64,000 nt of DNA from Podarcis cretensis (taxonomy: Eukaryota), in contig OX638152.1 of NCBI GenBank assembly GCA_951804945.1, positions 20,708,001-20,772,000 on the forward strand. The letters run 5' to 3'. Below the pieces are notes generated by a model. The model ran no database searches and was not told the origin of the DNA. It saw only the letters and a list, made by a program, of their open reading frames with translations. Below, piece after piece: positions 57,601-64,000 of this stretch (positions are counted from its first letter, which is position 1; each line of letters opens with the position of its first letter). A program made the translations under genes and the position numbers.

Positions 57601-60600
57601 TACACTATTAGTTTTGTGTTCCAGCTGCTCTTCCCTTTAATCTTTGTAGCCATTGAGGCAGAAGGCACAGAGTGACACAGCAAATGATGATTATTATGTG
57701 CTTTGACATAATAATATACCATAGTTAATGCAAGCTGAGATTCATAATCCAGTTTCAAACTATGGTTTCAGATGAACTGTAGTTAGTGAGCCTGGCCAGT
57801 GGCCTATCTAATGCAATGTCTGCTTCTCACAGTGTCCAGCCAGATACCTATGGGAAGCCCTTACCAACATCTGAGCACAACAACACTCTTCCCCTTCTGT
57901 GGTTTCTAGCAACTGGCATTCAGAATCATAGAACCACGGAATTGTTGAGTGGGATCCTGAGTTCATCTAGTCCAACCGCCTGCAATGCAGAAATAATAGA
58001 ACCACTTCTGACAGTGGAGTTAAGCTGAACTAACCATGGTTTAATGTTGGGTTCTAACTTAGCCCCTGGTTTTGCATCTCTTCGTTACTCTATTAAAGCT
58101 TTTGATTTCTTCACAAGTACTAAAAGGAAGTAGACCAATGATTGTACATGGAGAAAGCATTAAAATATGACTGTTTTTTTAAAAAAAAAATCAGGGAACT
58201 CTTGACACCTCAGCAGCATTATGATTGGGGCTTGCGAGCACTGAAGACTGTTCTGAGGGGATGTGGGAACCTTCTTCGACAGTTGAAAAAAAATGGAATG
58301 AAAGAGACAGGTAAAACTTTGACGTTGTCTTTCTTTGTATCTTTATAGAACTTCTCAAATTCAAGCATTCTGTTTTTGTGGGAATCTTTTTGACGCCAGA
58401 TGTAAAATCTTTCCCCCCACAATTAGAATCCTGCAACTGACCCACAGTCATTGGAAGAGCTGTGGCCAGGTTCACACGGAGTTAACGTATTACCATGACC
58501 GCTGGTAATACCCACATTGCTCTTGATTCCTAGTTCCATTCTCAGGAACCTAGTTGCTTCAAATAAGAGCCAAAGTTAGATGCTGCTTCACGGTAGTGTA
58601 TTATCTAACATAGCTACAGGAATCCTAATGTCTTTTGAAGTCATAGGGAAATATAAAAAAATAGGAAGTTTGTTGAAACTGGTGTCCTGTCAAACAGTAG
58701 ACAATGCTTGGCACAGTGGGTTTGCATTAACAATTAGTTATTTTTTTCTGAGTTGTTGAGCTTATTGTTAAAAAGACCATAGCTTTCTTATGAGTTGTGG
58801 CATAAACCTAAGAATTAATGTCTTCACCACACTGCTGAATATTTTCATATTCAGTATATCATGCAGCTCTTATCCTTTTGTCACTGAATTTCCATGTGAA
58901 ATTTAAGGCATTACAAATCCACCTTCTGTAGGGATTGCATTATTTTGTGATGCTAGACACCAAACTAGTGTGTTTCTCTTACATCTAGAAGCACGAAGAA
59001 ATTAAATTGTATCCTCTTATCTTTTCTCCCATGTAGTAAATGAAAGCCATATTGTAGTCCAAGCACTGCGACTCAATACGATGTCAAAGCTTACGTTTGC
59101 AGATTGTGCACGGTTTGATGCATTAGTTAGAGATGTCTTTCCTGGTATTGACTTCAAGGATGTAGATTATGCAGAGCTAAATAATGCTTTACGAGAAGTC
59201 TTTGAGGAGGCCAATTTGGAAATTATATCTACTCAGGTAAGTATCAGCTACAACCCTAACTGATACTGAATACCTTGAGTTTGGTCTTTGCCTAAAAGTC
59301 TTAAGAAACTTATAGTGAATCTGTTGTGGTTATAAAAATACTAAAGGAAAAAAATATTAATTCTGTAGTTATTGGAAATACGTTTGCGGTTTATGTAAAT
59401 GAATATATGCAAAATGTATATATGTAAAATCAAACGTAAAAATATTTTACTAAGTTACATTTTAATAAGCTTCATTGATTCTTGTGGCACTTACCCTTGC
59501 AAACCTGTAAGATTAGAGTCAAAATAATTTAGTTCTTGATCTGATCTGAATTGCTTGACACAAAATCCCTCCATGCAATTTAAAGACACTAGAAGCAATG
59601 ATTTTATTATCTAATTGTGTGAAAGAAGCATCCAGTTGTTTTAGTTACCTCCTCACATTGCTCAGGAAAATGGAACAGGTGAACTAATTTTGTGGTCTAG
59701 ACTTGGTCAGATGACTCCTTCCATGGGAGGGGGTGTTAATCCCCCCCTCTTTTGCTGTTATGTTATGTATTTTTATGTTGCAAACAACCCTGTGATCATT
59801 GTTTGCAACAGAAAAGTTACCTGCCTTAGCCCAGGACAGAACTGTATTCGTGGTCTCAAACCACTAGGTACCTTTACTCACTTTTTTTTGCTGATCGGTC
59901 ATTTCCTTTCTGCCTCCTACAGTGTCCTCTTTTAATTCAGATTGGGGGGGGGGGAGTCTTTTGTTCTCTCTCTGCTATTTTTCTTCTTTTCTGGTTTCCC
60001 TCTGTCAAAACGAACCCTGCAAAAAAAGAAAAAGAAAAAAGGAAGCATACTGTATCCAGTTCCCACCCTAGAGATCAAGTTAGCTAGGGCACATTCCACA
60101 CTCTTGGATGCCTCTCCCACTGTAAATGGATAAAGGAACATGGGTTCCTGGCTTTGAAGATTCATTCTGGTTTGGGATGAATGAGGCACCCAAGGCACAC
60201 TTGGCTATAGCAACTAGGCTTGGCTTGGCAGAGAGCTTTGACTTGTGCCAGTCCCCTGGGAGGCAGGATGAGGGACCAAGGTTCTATTCTCAGATGTCAT
60301 TATCTAATTGGCTGTGGATATCCCTCAGTCTTTTTTCTTAAGCTTGGTCATGGGACAGAATTAGGGGGCAATCATCTGATCTGGACTAAATGCCATAACT
60401 TGGTTACATGTTCCTTTCTTCCTTGGGTCGTGAGATGAGTTAATCCAGAATATCAAGTGCCTTGTTCACCCAAAGTGAAAGGAACCAGTACTTGATGTTC
60501 CTTTTTGTTTTTAAAAGGTAAACAAAAACTTGAAAATGTCTTATTATCTGCTCCTTATTTGTTTGAGGGATGATGTCTATAAACATTTAAGTGTGTTTTA

Positions 60601-63071
60601 TCCTTCTACTTTTTCTTTTTGGTAAAGATCAAGAAAGTTTTGGAATTGTATGAGCAACTACGCCAGAGGATGGGGGTAGTTATTGTAGGCCCAAGCGGTG
60701 CAGGGAAATCAACCCTCTGGAGAATGTTGAGGGCTGCACTTGGGAAAGTTGGCAAAGTAGTGAAACAATATACCATGAATCCCAAAGCTATGCCTCGCCG
60801 CCAGCTACTAGGCCATATAGACATGGACACCAGAGAATGGTCTGATGGTGTGCTTACAAACAGTGCTCGACAAGTGGTACGTGAACCAGCAGGTACGTCT
60901 GTGAATTAGAAATCTTGGCTTTCATAAACAAGGAGTTTTATTTTTAGATCCTAATCTTGATTACTCTGAAATAAGACACCACTGTACGTATTAAAGTGTG
61001 AATAGAATTATAATTCTAAGTTTCGTCGATCTTATGATATCACCATAAATAAGAAAACGACTATGGGGACAATAAGAATTGTTTGCATTGTAGCCATTTA
61101 TAAGCATGTGGTTAGAGAGAGCATATTCATCTGGCTTGATCTACTTGTTTGTTCATACATGCAGTTGCACACATTGGAATTCCTCAGAATTTATACTTGC
61201 CGTCCCCTGTATCCACTCCAATTGCAAATGTTAAAATAAATCTAATTTGAACTCCTACTGAAAAGTGACTTGTTTGAGATACAATGTTTGGTTACTGTTT
61301 GTAAATAGATGTTACTTCATGGATAATATGTGATGGTGACATAGATCCCGAGTGGATTGAGTCCTTGAATTCTGTCCTTGATGACAACCGTCTACTTACT
61401 ATGCCTAGTGGAGAAAGAATTCAGTTTGGCCCAAATGTGAACTTCGTTTTTGAAACCCATGATTTGAGTTGTGCTTCTCCTGCCACAATATCTCGAATGG
61501 GGATGATCTTCCTAAGGTAATTTGACATTTGACATAGATGTGCATTAGAGTGATTTTCAGTGATTATATATTCTAAGGAAGGTTGAACAAAATTTGAGGT
61601 AAAGTTAATTTAAAATACACACATTATTTTAACCAACCATTGTTTCATTCCATTGTCCCTTCATTGTTTCCATTTGCTTGTTGCTCATTTGGAAGGTAGG
61701 TAGTGTCTCTTAAAAGCACAACACTCTCACACAAATGTTATTGGCAGGCTTCACTACATACATGGAATTGGTGACCTCTCCATATTGTTCCCTTTAAATT
61801 GAGTTGTGGGTCTGACAGCAACTGTAATGGGATTATTATGCATATTAACAACTTCAAAGAGGGCTTCAAAGAAACACCAATTAGATAGTTGGCCATGTTG
61901 GGTTTAATAAGCTGAGATATGAAGAAGACATAGCTGCCACATAGTTTTTTTGCTTCTTTCTTTGCATGAGCAAGTGAACAAGCCAGGAAGTCTTCAGTAA
62001 ACTATGGTTTTCCATTTCATCCAAAACCAGGAAATCGTAATTAGCAGCTTTGGAACATGTTAAGACATGAAGGTGTAGTTTGAAGTATGCTTAATAGCTT
62101 GGCTTGTTCTGAAGCTGTCAAACATAATTTTCAGTACTGATGACATGGAAGATTATTTTATTTAAATAAACCATTTAGCTGCAATTCAAAAGGCAAATAT
62201 AAGACTTCTGGGCTTGTTTGTAGGGGGTCGCAAGGGAGGCAGGGGGGCGGTATGCCCCGGGTGCCATGTCGGGTGTGTGTGTGTGAGACAAGGCACCCCA
62301 TGGGGTGCTTGCCCCGCCACCCCCAGACGCGGTGGTGCAAACAGCCACCACGCCTCCCCAGCTGCATGTGGCGGATCCTCTGTTCGCAGCTGCAGCTACA
62401 AGCAGAGGATCCTGCCACCGTCCATATGGCGTTCGAGTGGCACCGGTGGCAAACTGCTACGTACAATGCATGTGCAGTGTCGCACGCATGTGCTATACAT
62501 AGCAATGCTTCACATGCGCTGTACATAGCAGTTTGCTGCTGGCGCCGCTTGGGCACCGTATGGACAGTGGTGGGATCCCTCCGTCGCCGCTACAGCTGCA
62601 AGTGAAAGATCCCTCCACTGCCACTGCAGCCATGAGCAGAGGATCTAGCCACCATCCATATGGCGCTCGGGCAGTACCGGCAGCAAACCACTACATACAA
62701 TGCATGCACAGTGTCACACGCATGCGCTGTATGTAGCGACGCCACACATGCGCCCTATGTAGCGACGCCACACATGCGTCGTACGTAGCAGCACAGAGCG
62801 CCCCGGGTGTCGGTTAGCCTTTGTTCGCTCCTGTTTGTAGGCTTGGGCAAGGAGGCTGCGTGTGCTCTTCCTATACTTGTTTATATATTGGTTTATGGCA
62901 ACATATATTCTTGCTTTAATCTGAGGTATGTCCCATTCTAGTGATGAAGATACTGATCTTAATTCATTGATAAAATCCTGGCTAAGGAACCAACCCGAAG
63001 AATGCAGGCAAAATCTTGAAAACTGGATTGGGGATTATTTTGAGAAAGCTCTAAATTGGGTCCTAAAACAG
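18693..63071 (+). CDS. DYNC2H1: Cytoplasmic dynein 2 heavy chain 1, coding exons 1-40 (partial, continues beyond window)
   Basis: 40 exons join in frame to 6471 nt (2157 codons). AAA1 Walker A GPAGTGKT and Walker B CFDEFNR; AAA2 Walker A GPSGAGKS. Dynein-2-type N-terminus ([17 protein letters not shown]; LVFFKLRP). Adjacent to DCUN1D5, as recalled for mammals. Confidence 0.97.
19131..19160. repeat. (CA)n microsatellite
   Basis: Direct inspection. Confidence 0.95.
19282..19385 (+). mobile_element. tRNA-Lys-like SINE with CR1-type 3' tail, internally deleted
   Basis: TAGCCCAGTTGGTAGAGCACAAGAGTCTTAAATCTGAGGGTTGTTGGG resembles tRNA-Lys(CTT); ends GGTCCCTTC...ATTCTATGATTCT. Confidence 0.65.
20532..20691. 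mobile_element. hAT-Charlie-type MITE (160 bp)
   Basis: TIRs CAGTGGTTCCCAAACT / AGTTTGGGAACCGCTG; TSD ATGTAGAG / ATATAGAG. Confidence 0.85.
20834..21004 (+). CDS. DYNC2H1: DYNC2H1 exon 2
   Basis: [18 protein letters not shown]...VFAPVLLR; AG/GT. Confidence 0.95.
21560..22910 (-). mobile_element. Old degenerate L2 LINE fragments
   Basis: Purine-rich plus strand; minus-strand remnant [22 protein letters not shown] resembles the L2 RT motif WM..LKLN..KTE.L.F. Confidence 0.55.
22958..23093 (+). CDS. DYNC2H1: DYNC2H1 exon 3
   Basis: [24 protein letters not shown]... Confidence 0.95.
23442..24141. mobile_element. pogo/Tigger-like (Tc1/mariner) MITE, 700 bp, with internal ~108-bp GC-rich tandem array
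   Basis: TIRs CCGTATTTTTCGCCCCATAGGACGCAC / GTGCGTCCTATAGGGCGAAAAATACGG; TA TSD. Confidence 0.9.
24339..24457 (+). CDS. DYNC2H1: DYNC2H1 exon 4
   Basis: [18 protein letters not shown]...ELFEAIAY; weak donor TAT|GTGTGT keeps frame. Confidence 0.9.
25664..25808 (+). CDS. DYNC2H1: DYNC2H1 exon 5
   Basis: [30 protein letters not shown]... Confidence 0.95.
26948..27180 (+). CDS. DYNC2H1: DYNC2H1 exon 6
   Basis: [19 protein letters not shown]...LGKRLEE. Confidence 0.95.
28110..28244 (+). CDS. DYNC2H1: DYNC2H1 exon 7
   Basis: [11 protein letters not shown]...[10 protein letters not shown]. Confidence 0.95.
28343..28456 (+). CDS. DYNC2H1: DYNC2H1 exon 8
   Basis: [22 protein letters not shown]...DSPQQ. 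Confidence 0.95.
28543..29351. mobile_element. Degenerate hAT MITE hosting a Sauria SINE
   Basis: Termini TAGGGGGTAG / CATCACCCCTG; flanks TTCTGGAT / CTCTAGAT resemble the Charlie target NTCTAGAN. Confidence 0.5.
28667..29023 (+). mobile_element. Sauria SINE, full length
   Basis: Near-identical to the copies at 4781 and 56899; TSD TACACACAGA at 28657-28666 and 29024-29033. Confidence 0.93.
29603..29714 (+). CDS. DYNC2H1: DYNC2H1 exon 9
   Basis: [30 protein letters not shown]... Confidence 0.95.
30123..30247 (+). CDS. DYNC2H1: DYNC2H1 exon 10
   Basis: [11 protein letters not shown]...[20 protein letters not shown]. Confidence 0.95.
30387..30517. other. Assembly gap (131 N) in DYNC2H1 intron 10
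   Basis: N run; exons 10 and 11 join in frame, so no exon needs to lie inside it. Confidence 0.99.
31262..31437 (+). CDS. DYNC2H1: DYNC2H1 exon 11
   Basis: [18 protein letters not shown]...[14 protein letters not shown]. Confidence 0.95.
32680..32875 (+). CDS. DYNC2H1: DYNC2H1 exon 12
   Basis: [12 protein letters not shown]...[13 protein letters not shown]...AVILKQ. Confidence 0.95.
33848..34299. mobile_element. pogo/Tigger-like MITE (452 bp) with internal 24-bp minisatellite
   Basis: TIRs CAGTGGTGCCCCGCAAGACGAA / TTCGTCTTGCGAGGCACCACTG; TA TSD. Confidence 0.9.
34923..35018 (+). CDS. DYNC2H1: DYNC2H1 exon 13
   Basis: [32 protein letters not shown]. Confidence 0.95.
36049..36189 (+). CDS. 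DYNC2H1: DYNC2H1 exon 14
   Basis: [20 protein letters not shown]...[12 protein letters not shown]. Confidence 0.93.
36285..36383 (+). CDS. DYNC2H1: DYNC2H1 exon 15 (GC donor)
   Basis: [33 protein letters not shown]; CAG|GCATGG. Confidence 0.9.
36849..36988 (+). CDS. DYNC2H1: DYNC2H1 exon 16
   Basis: [40 protein letters not shown]. Confidence 0.95.
37129..37357 (+). CDS. DYNC2H1: DYNC2H1 exon 17
   Basis: [28 protein letters not shown]... Confidence 0.95.
37667..37908. mobile_element. pogo/Tigger-like MITE (242 bp)
   Basis: TIRs CAGTGGTACCTCGGGTTA / TAACCCGAGGTACCACTG; TA TSD. Confidence 0.92.
38825..38952 (+). CDS. DYNC2H1: DYNC2H1 exon 18
   Basis: [15 protein letters not shown]...[20 protein letters not shown]. 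Confidence 0.93.
39802..39917 (+). CDS. DYNC2H1: DYNC2H1 exon 19
   Basis: [27 protein letters not shown]... Confidence 0.95.
40464..40591 (+). CDS. DYNC2H1: DYNC2H1 exon 20
   Basis: [26 protein letters not shown]... Confidence 0.95.
40640..41271. mobile_element. Possible old solo LTR
   Basis: TGTAGG...CCTACA termini, 632 bp, but no matching TSD. Confidence 0.3.
41538..41687 (+). CDS. DYNC2H1: DYNC2H1 exon 21
   Basis: [22 protein letters not shown]...[18 protein letters not shown]. Confidence 0.95.
41972..42192 (-). mobile_element. CR1-like 3' fragment, split by a 78-bp MITE
   Basis: GCCTGCTGGAT...ATCTAGTC.AGCATCCTG...GCAACTGGTA block recurs at ~46297-46425 and ~57790-57925. Confidence 0.55.
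42000..42077. mobile_element. Tiny hAT MITE (78 bp)
   Basis: Perfect 13-bp TIRs CATAGCTGTCAAC / GTTGACAGCTATG; perfect 8-bp TSD ATCTAGTC. Confidence 0.9.
42372..42622. mobile_element. pogo/Tigger-like MITE (251 bp), distinct family
   Basis: TIRs CAGTGGTACCTT.GTTGT / ACAACCAAGGTACCACTG; TA TSD. Confidence 0.88.
43112..43317 (+). CDS. DYNC2H1: DYNC2H1 exon 22
   Basis: [11 protein letters not shown]...[13 protein letters not shown]... Confidence 0.95.
43975..44130 (+). CDS. DYNC2H1: DYNC2H1 exon 23
   Basis: [14 protein letters not shown]...ANEDWITF. Confidence 0.95.
44220..44334 (+). CDS. DYNC2H1: DYNC2H1 exon 24
   Basis: [19 protein letters not shown]...EVDTYK. Confidence 0.95.
44721..44891 (+). 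CDS. DYNC2H1: DYNC2H1 exon 25 (GC donor)
   Basis: [24 protein letters not shown]...KAAELK; AAG|GCAAGA. Confidence 0.92.
45081..45397 (+). mobile_element. Sauria SINE, more diverged subfamily with internal deletion
   Basis: Aligns to the other copies but lacks ~55 bp of body; TSD ACTCTCTGG(A/C)TCA. Confidence 0.85.
45411..45520 (-). mobile_element. CR1-type 3' end
   Basis: Reverse complement ends in ATTCTATGATTCTA; a similar piece is at ~57921-57990. Confidence 0.6.
45577..45617. repeat. (GT)n microsatellite
   Basis: Direct inspection. Confidence 0.95.
45767..45812. repeat. (ATTCT)n pentanucleotide repeat at the L2 tail
   Basis: About 9 units immediately adjacent to the L2 3' end. Confidence 0.92.
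45813..46245 (-). mobile_element. L2 LINE 3' end
   Basis: ORF remnant [34 protein letters not shown]; 3' UTR ending TTAGCCGCCCTGAG...GGGCGGGGTATAAAT. Confidence 0.85.
46603..46844. mobile_element. pogo/Tigger-like MITE (242 bp), same family as 37667
   Basis: Near-identical to the 37667 copy; TA TSD. Confidence 0.92.
46954..47336 (+). CDS. DYNC2H1: DYNC2H1 exon 26
   Basis: [23 protein letters not shown]...[18 protein letters not shown]. Confidence 0.96.
47573..47705 (+). CDS. DYNC2H1: DYNC2H1 exon 27
   Basis: [12 protein letters not shown]...[16 protein letters not shown]. Confidence 0.95.
48246..48363 (+). CDS. DYNC2H1: DYNC2H1 exon 28
   Basis: [23 protein letters not shown]...HLKKLFA (dynein linker motif). 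Confidence 0.96.
48874..48986 (+). CDS. DYNC2H1: DYNC2H1 exon 29
   Basis: IHSVSFDED...[12 protein letters not shown]...DVE. Confidence 0.95.
49075..49194 (+). CDS. DYNC2H1: DYNC2H1 exon 30
   Basis: [18 protein letters not shown]...DPSLFPSQ. Confidence 0.95.
50073..50223 (+). CDS. DYNC2H1: DYNC2H1 exon 31
   Basis: [19 protein letters not shown]... Confidence 0.95.
50923..51153. mobile_element. pogo/Tigger-like MITE (231 bp), same family as 37667
   Basis: Near-identical with an 11-bp internal deletion; TA TSD. Confidence 0.92.
51306..53668 (-). mobile_element. Non-autonomous L1-derived retroelement (~2.4 kb including a nested SINE)
   Basis: 16-bp TSD AATAGTTACATTGTAT at 51290-51305 and 53669-53684; AATAAA plus short poly(A) at the 3' end; GC-rich 5' end GGACTTCCGG; 108-aa coiled-coil-like ORF remnant. 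Confidence 0.85.
53301..53541 (+). mobile_element. tRNA-derived SINE with L2-type tail and (CTT)n end, nested in the L1 derivative
   Basis: A box TGGTGTAGTGGTTAAG; B-box-like GGTTCGCGTC; tail AGCCGCTTTGAGACTCC...AAAGCGGGATAT; TSD CTTCCTCC. Confidence 0.88.
53849..54051 (+). CDS. DYNC2H1: DYNC2H1 exon 32
   Basis: [20 protein letters not shown]...[10 protein letters not shown]...YTYEYQ. Confidence 0.95.
54614..54796 (+). CDS. DYNC2H1: DYNC2H1 exon 33 (AAA1 Walker A)
   Basis: [12 protein letters not shown]...[12 protein letters not shown]...VFNCDE. Confidence 0.97.
55375..55557 (+). CDS. DYNC2H1: DYNC2H1 exon 34 (AAA1 Walker B)
   Basis: [29 protein letters not shown]. Confidence 0.97.
56087..56310 (+). 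CDS. DYNC2H1: DYNC2H1 exon 35
   Basis: [32 protein letters not shown]. Confidence 0.97.
56644..57460. mobile_element. Degenerate hAT MITE inserted in a MIR-like SINE and hosting a Sauria SINE
   Basis: Termini CAGAGGTGGGGGGCCT / AGGCTCCCCGCCCTTA; TSD TTATAGGG / TTATAAAG. Confidence 0.55.
56899..57251 (-). mobile_element. Sauria SINE, full length
   Basis: TSD (CCC)ATCAGGGGAT on both sides; ACCTTT tail. Confidence 0.93.
58195..58310 (+). CDS. DYNC2H1: DYNC2H1 exon 36
   Basis: [20 protein letters not shown]. Confidence 0.95.
59037..59236 (+). CDS. DYNC2H1: DYNC2H1 exon 37
   Basis: [36 protein letters not shown]. Confidence 0.95.
60628..60892 (+). CDS. DYNC2H1: DYNC2H1 exon 38 (AAA2 Walker A)
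   Basis: [26 protein letters not shown]...[10 protein letters not shown]. Confidence 0.97.
61309..61516 (+). CDS. DYNC2H1: DYNC2H1 exon 39
   Basis: [34 protein letters not shown]...[14 protein letters not shown]. Confidence 0.97.
62225..62833. mobile_element. hAT-like non-autonomous element with internal ~234-bp duplication
   Basis: 8-bp TSD TTTGTAGG at 62217-62224 and 62834-62841; subterminal GCCCCGGGTG at both ends. Confidence 0.6.
62942..63071 (+). CDS. DYNC2H1: DYNC2H1 exon 40
   Basis: [20 protein letters not shown]...ALNWVLKQ; donor GTGAGT. Confidence 0.95.
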
Positions 63072-63690
63072 GTGAGTGACAATATATATATAAAGAGTGT
63101 CTAAGTTTGGCCTCATTGAGGGGCAGTATTTCAATATGAGTAGGATAATGCAAGAACCTCTAAATGTTTTTTTAATTGAAAAAAGCACTGTATATCAATA
63201 TTTTAAATGGACAAATTCTAAGTTGAGTGTCAGAAGAATTTCAGTGGGTTCTAATTCCTCCTCCTGTTTCAAAGGCAGGAAATGATATTAGCATTTTCTT
63301 GTCTAAAGCCTCTTCCTCTGCTGAACTCCAATTTCATTTCCTGCCTTGCTTGGAGCAGTACTCACGTGTCTCTCTGTACATGTATTCTATCTTGCTCATC
63401 TGCATGGATAACACTGTGACCAAAGCCTCAACAGGCAAGGGGATATCAGAATGGGTCTCTCCATTCTGAGGGACAGTGCTGATCTCCTGGGCCAAGAGGC
63501 ATCTGGTATCCCTGAGATCAGAACACATTTGATGTGTGATAGAGTGGAGAGACAGAAGGAGGGAGGGAGTCAGTCCCATCCTATCTTTCCTTCTTGCTCA
63601 TCATTTATCCATTGCTTTGCTGATTATGGAGCCTATGAGCATTAACTATAGTGAGTGTGTAGTTACCAGAGCAAATGTTTTAAGATAGTA

Positions 63691-64000
63691 CAGTGGTGCC
63701 CCGCAAGACGAATGCCTCGCAAGACGAAAAACCCGCTAGACGAAAGGGTTTTCCGTTTTGGAGGTGCTTCGTGAAACGAATTTCCTATGGGCTTGCTTCG
63801 CAAGACGAAAATGTCTTGCGAGTTCCTGCGGGTTTTTTTTCCTCCCCCCCCCCTTTTCTAAGCCGCTAAGCCGCTTATCAGCTGATCCGCTAAGCCGCTT
63901 ATCAGCTGATCCGCTAAGCCGCTTATCAGCTGATCAGCTAAGCCCCTAAGCTGCTAATAGCGCTAATCCGCAAATCCGCTAATGGGCTTGCTTCGCAAGA
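63691..64000. mobile_element. pogo/Tigger-like MITE, same family as 33848 (cut by window end)
   Basis: TA + CAGTGGTGCCCCGCAAGACGAA; near-identical to the 33848 copy. Confidence 0.9.

Noticed and set aside
18693-63071. U12-type introns in the DYNC2H1 coding region
   Set aside because: None of the 40 donors has the (G/A)TATCCTT signature.

Overview
Vertebrate genomic DNA, most likely from a lacertid lizard (inferred from Sauria-SINE and Squam3-type repeats). The window holds two head-to-head genes whose ATGs are about 2.3 kb apart. DCUN1D5 is complete on the minus strand (8 coding exons, 705 nt, 234 aa). DYNC2H1 (cytoplasmic dynein-2 heavy chain) is on the plus strand, with coding exons 1-40 (6471 nt, 2157 codons: tail, linker, AAA1, AAA2), and continues past the window end. 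All splice junctions were read by hand and keep frame; two DYNC2H1 introns need GC donors. The DYNC2H1 promoter has a perfect RFX X-box. Introns carry many transposable elements: Sauria SINEs, other tRNA-derived SINEs, pogo/Tigger-like and hAT MITEs, and L2 and CR1 fragments. The most unusual objects are an 825-bp solo LTR nearly filled by an uninterrupted ORF, a TSD-flanked 2.4-kb non-autonomous L1 derivative lacking the EN/RT region, and MITEs with hairpin or E-box tandem arrays. No clearly new biological system is demonstrable from sequence alone. TE family names and human comparisons are from recall, not database searches.
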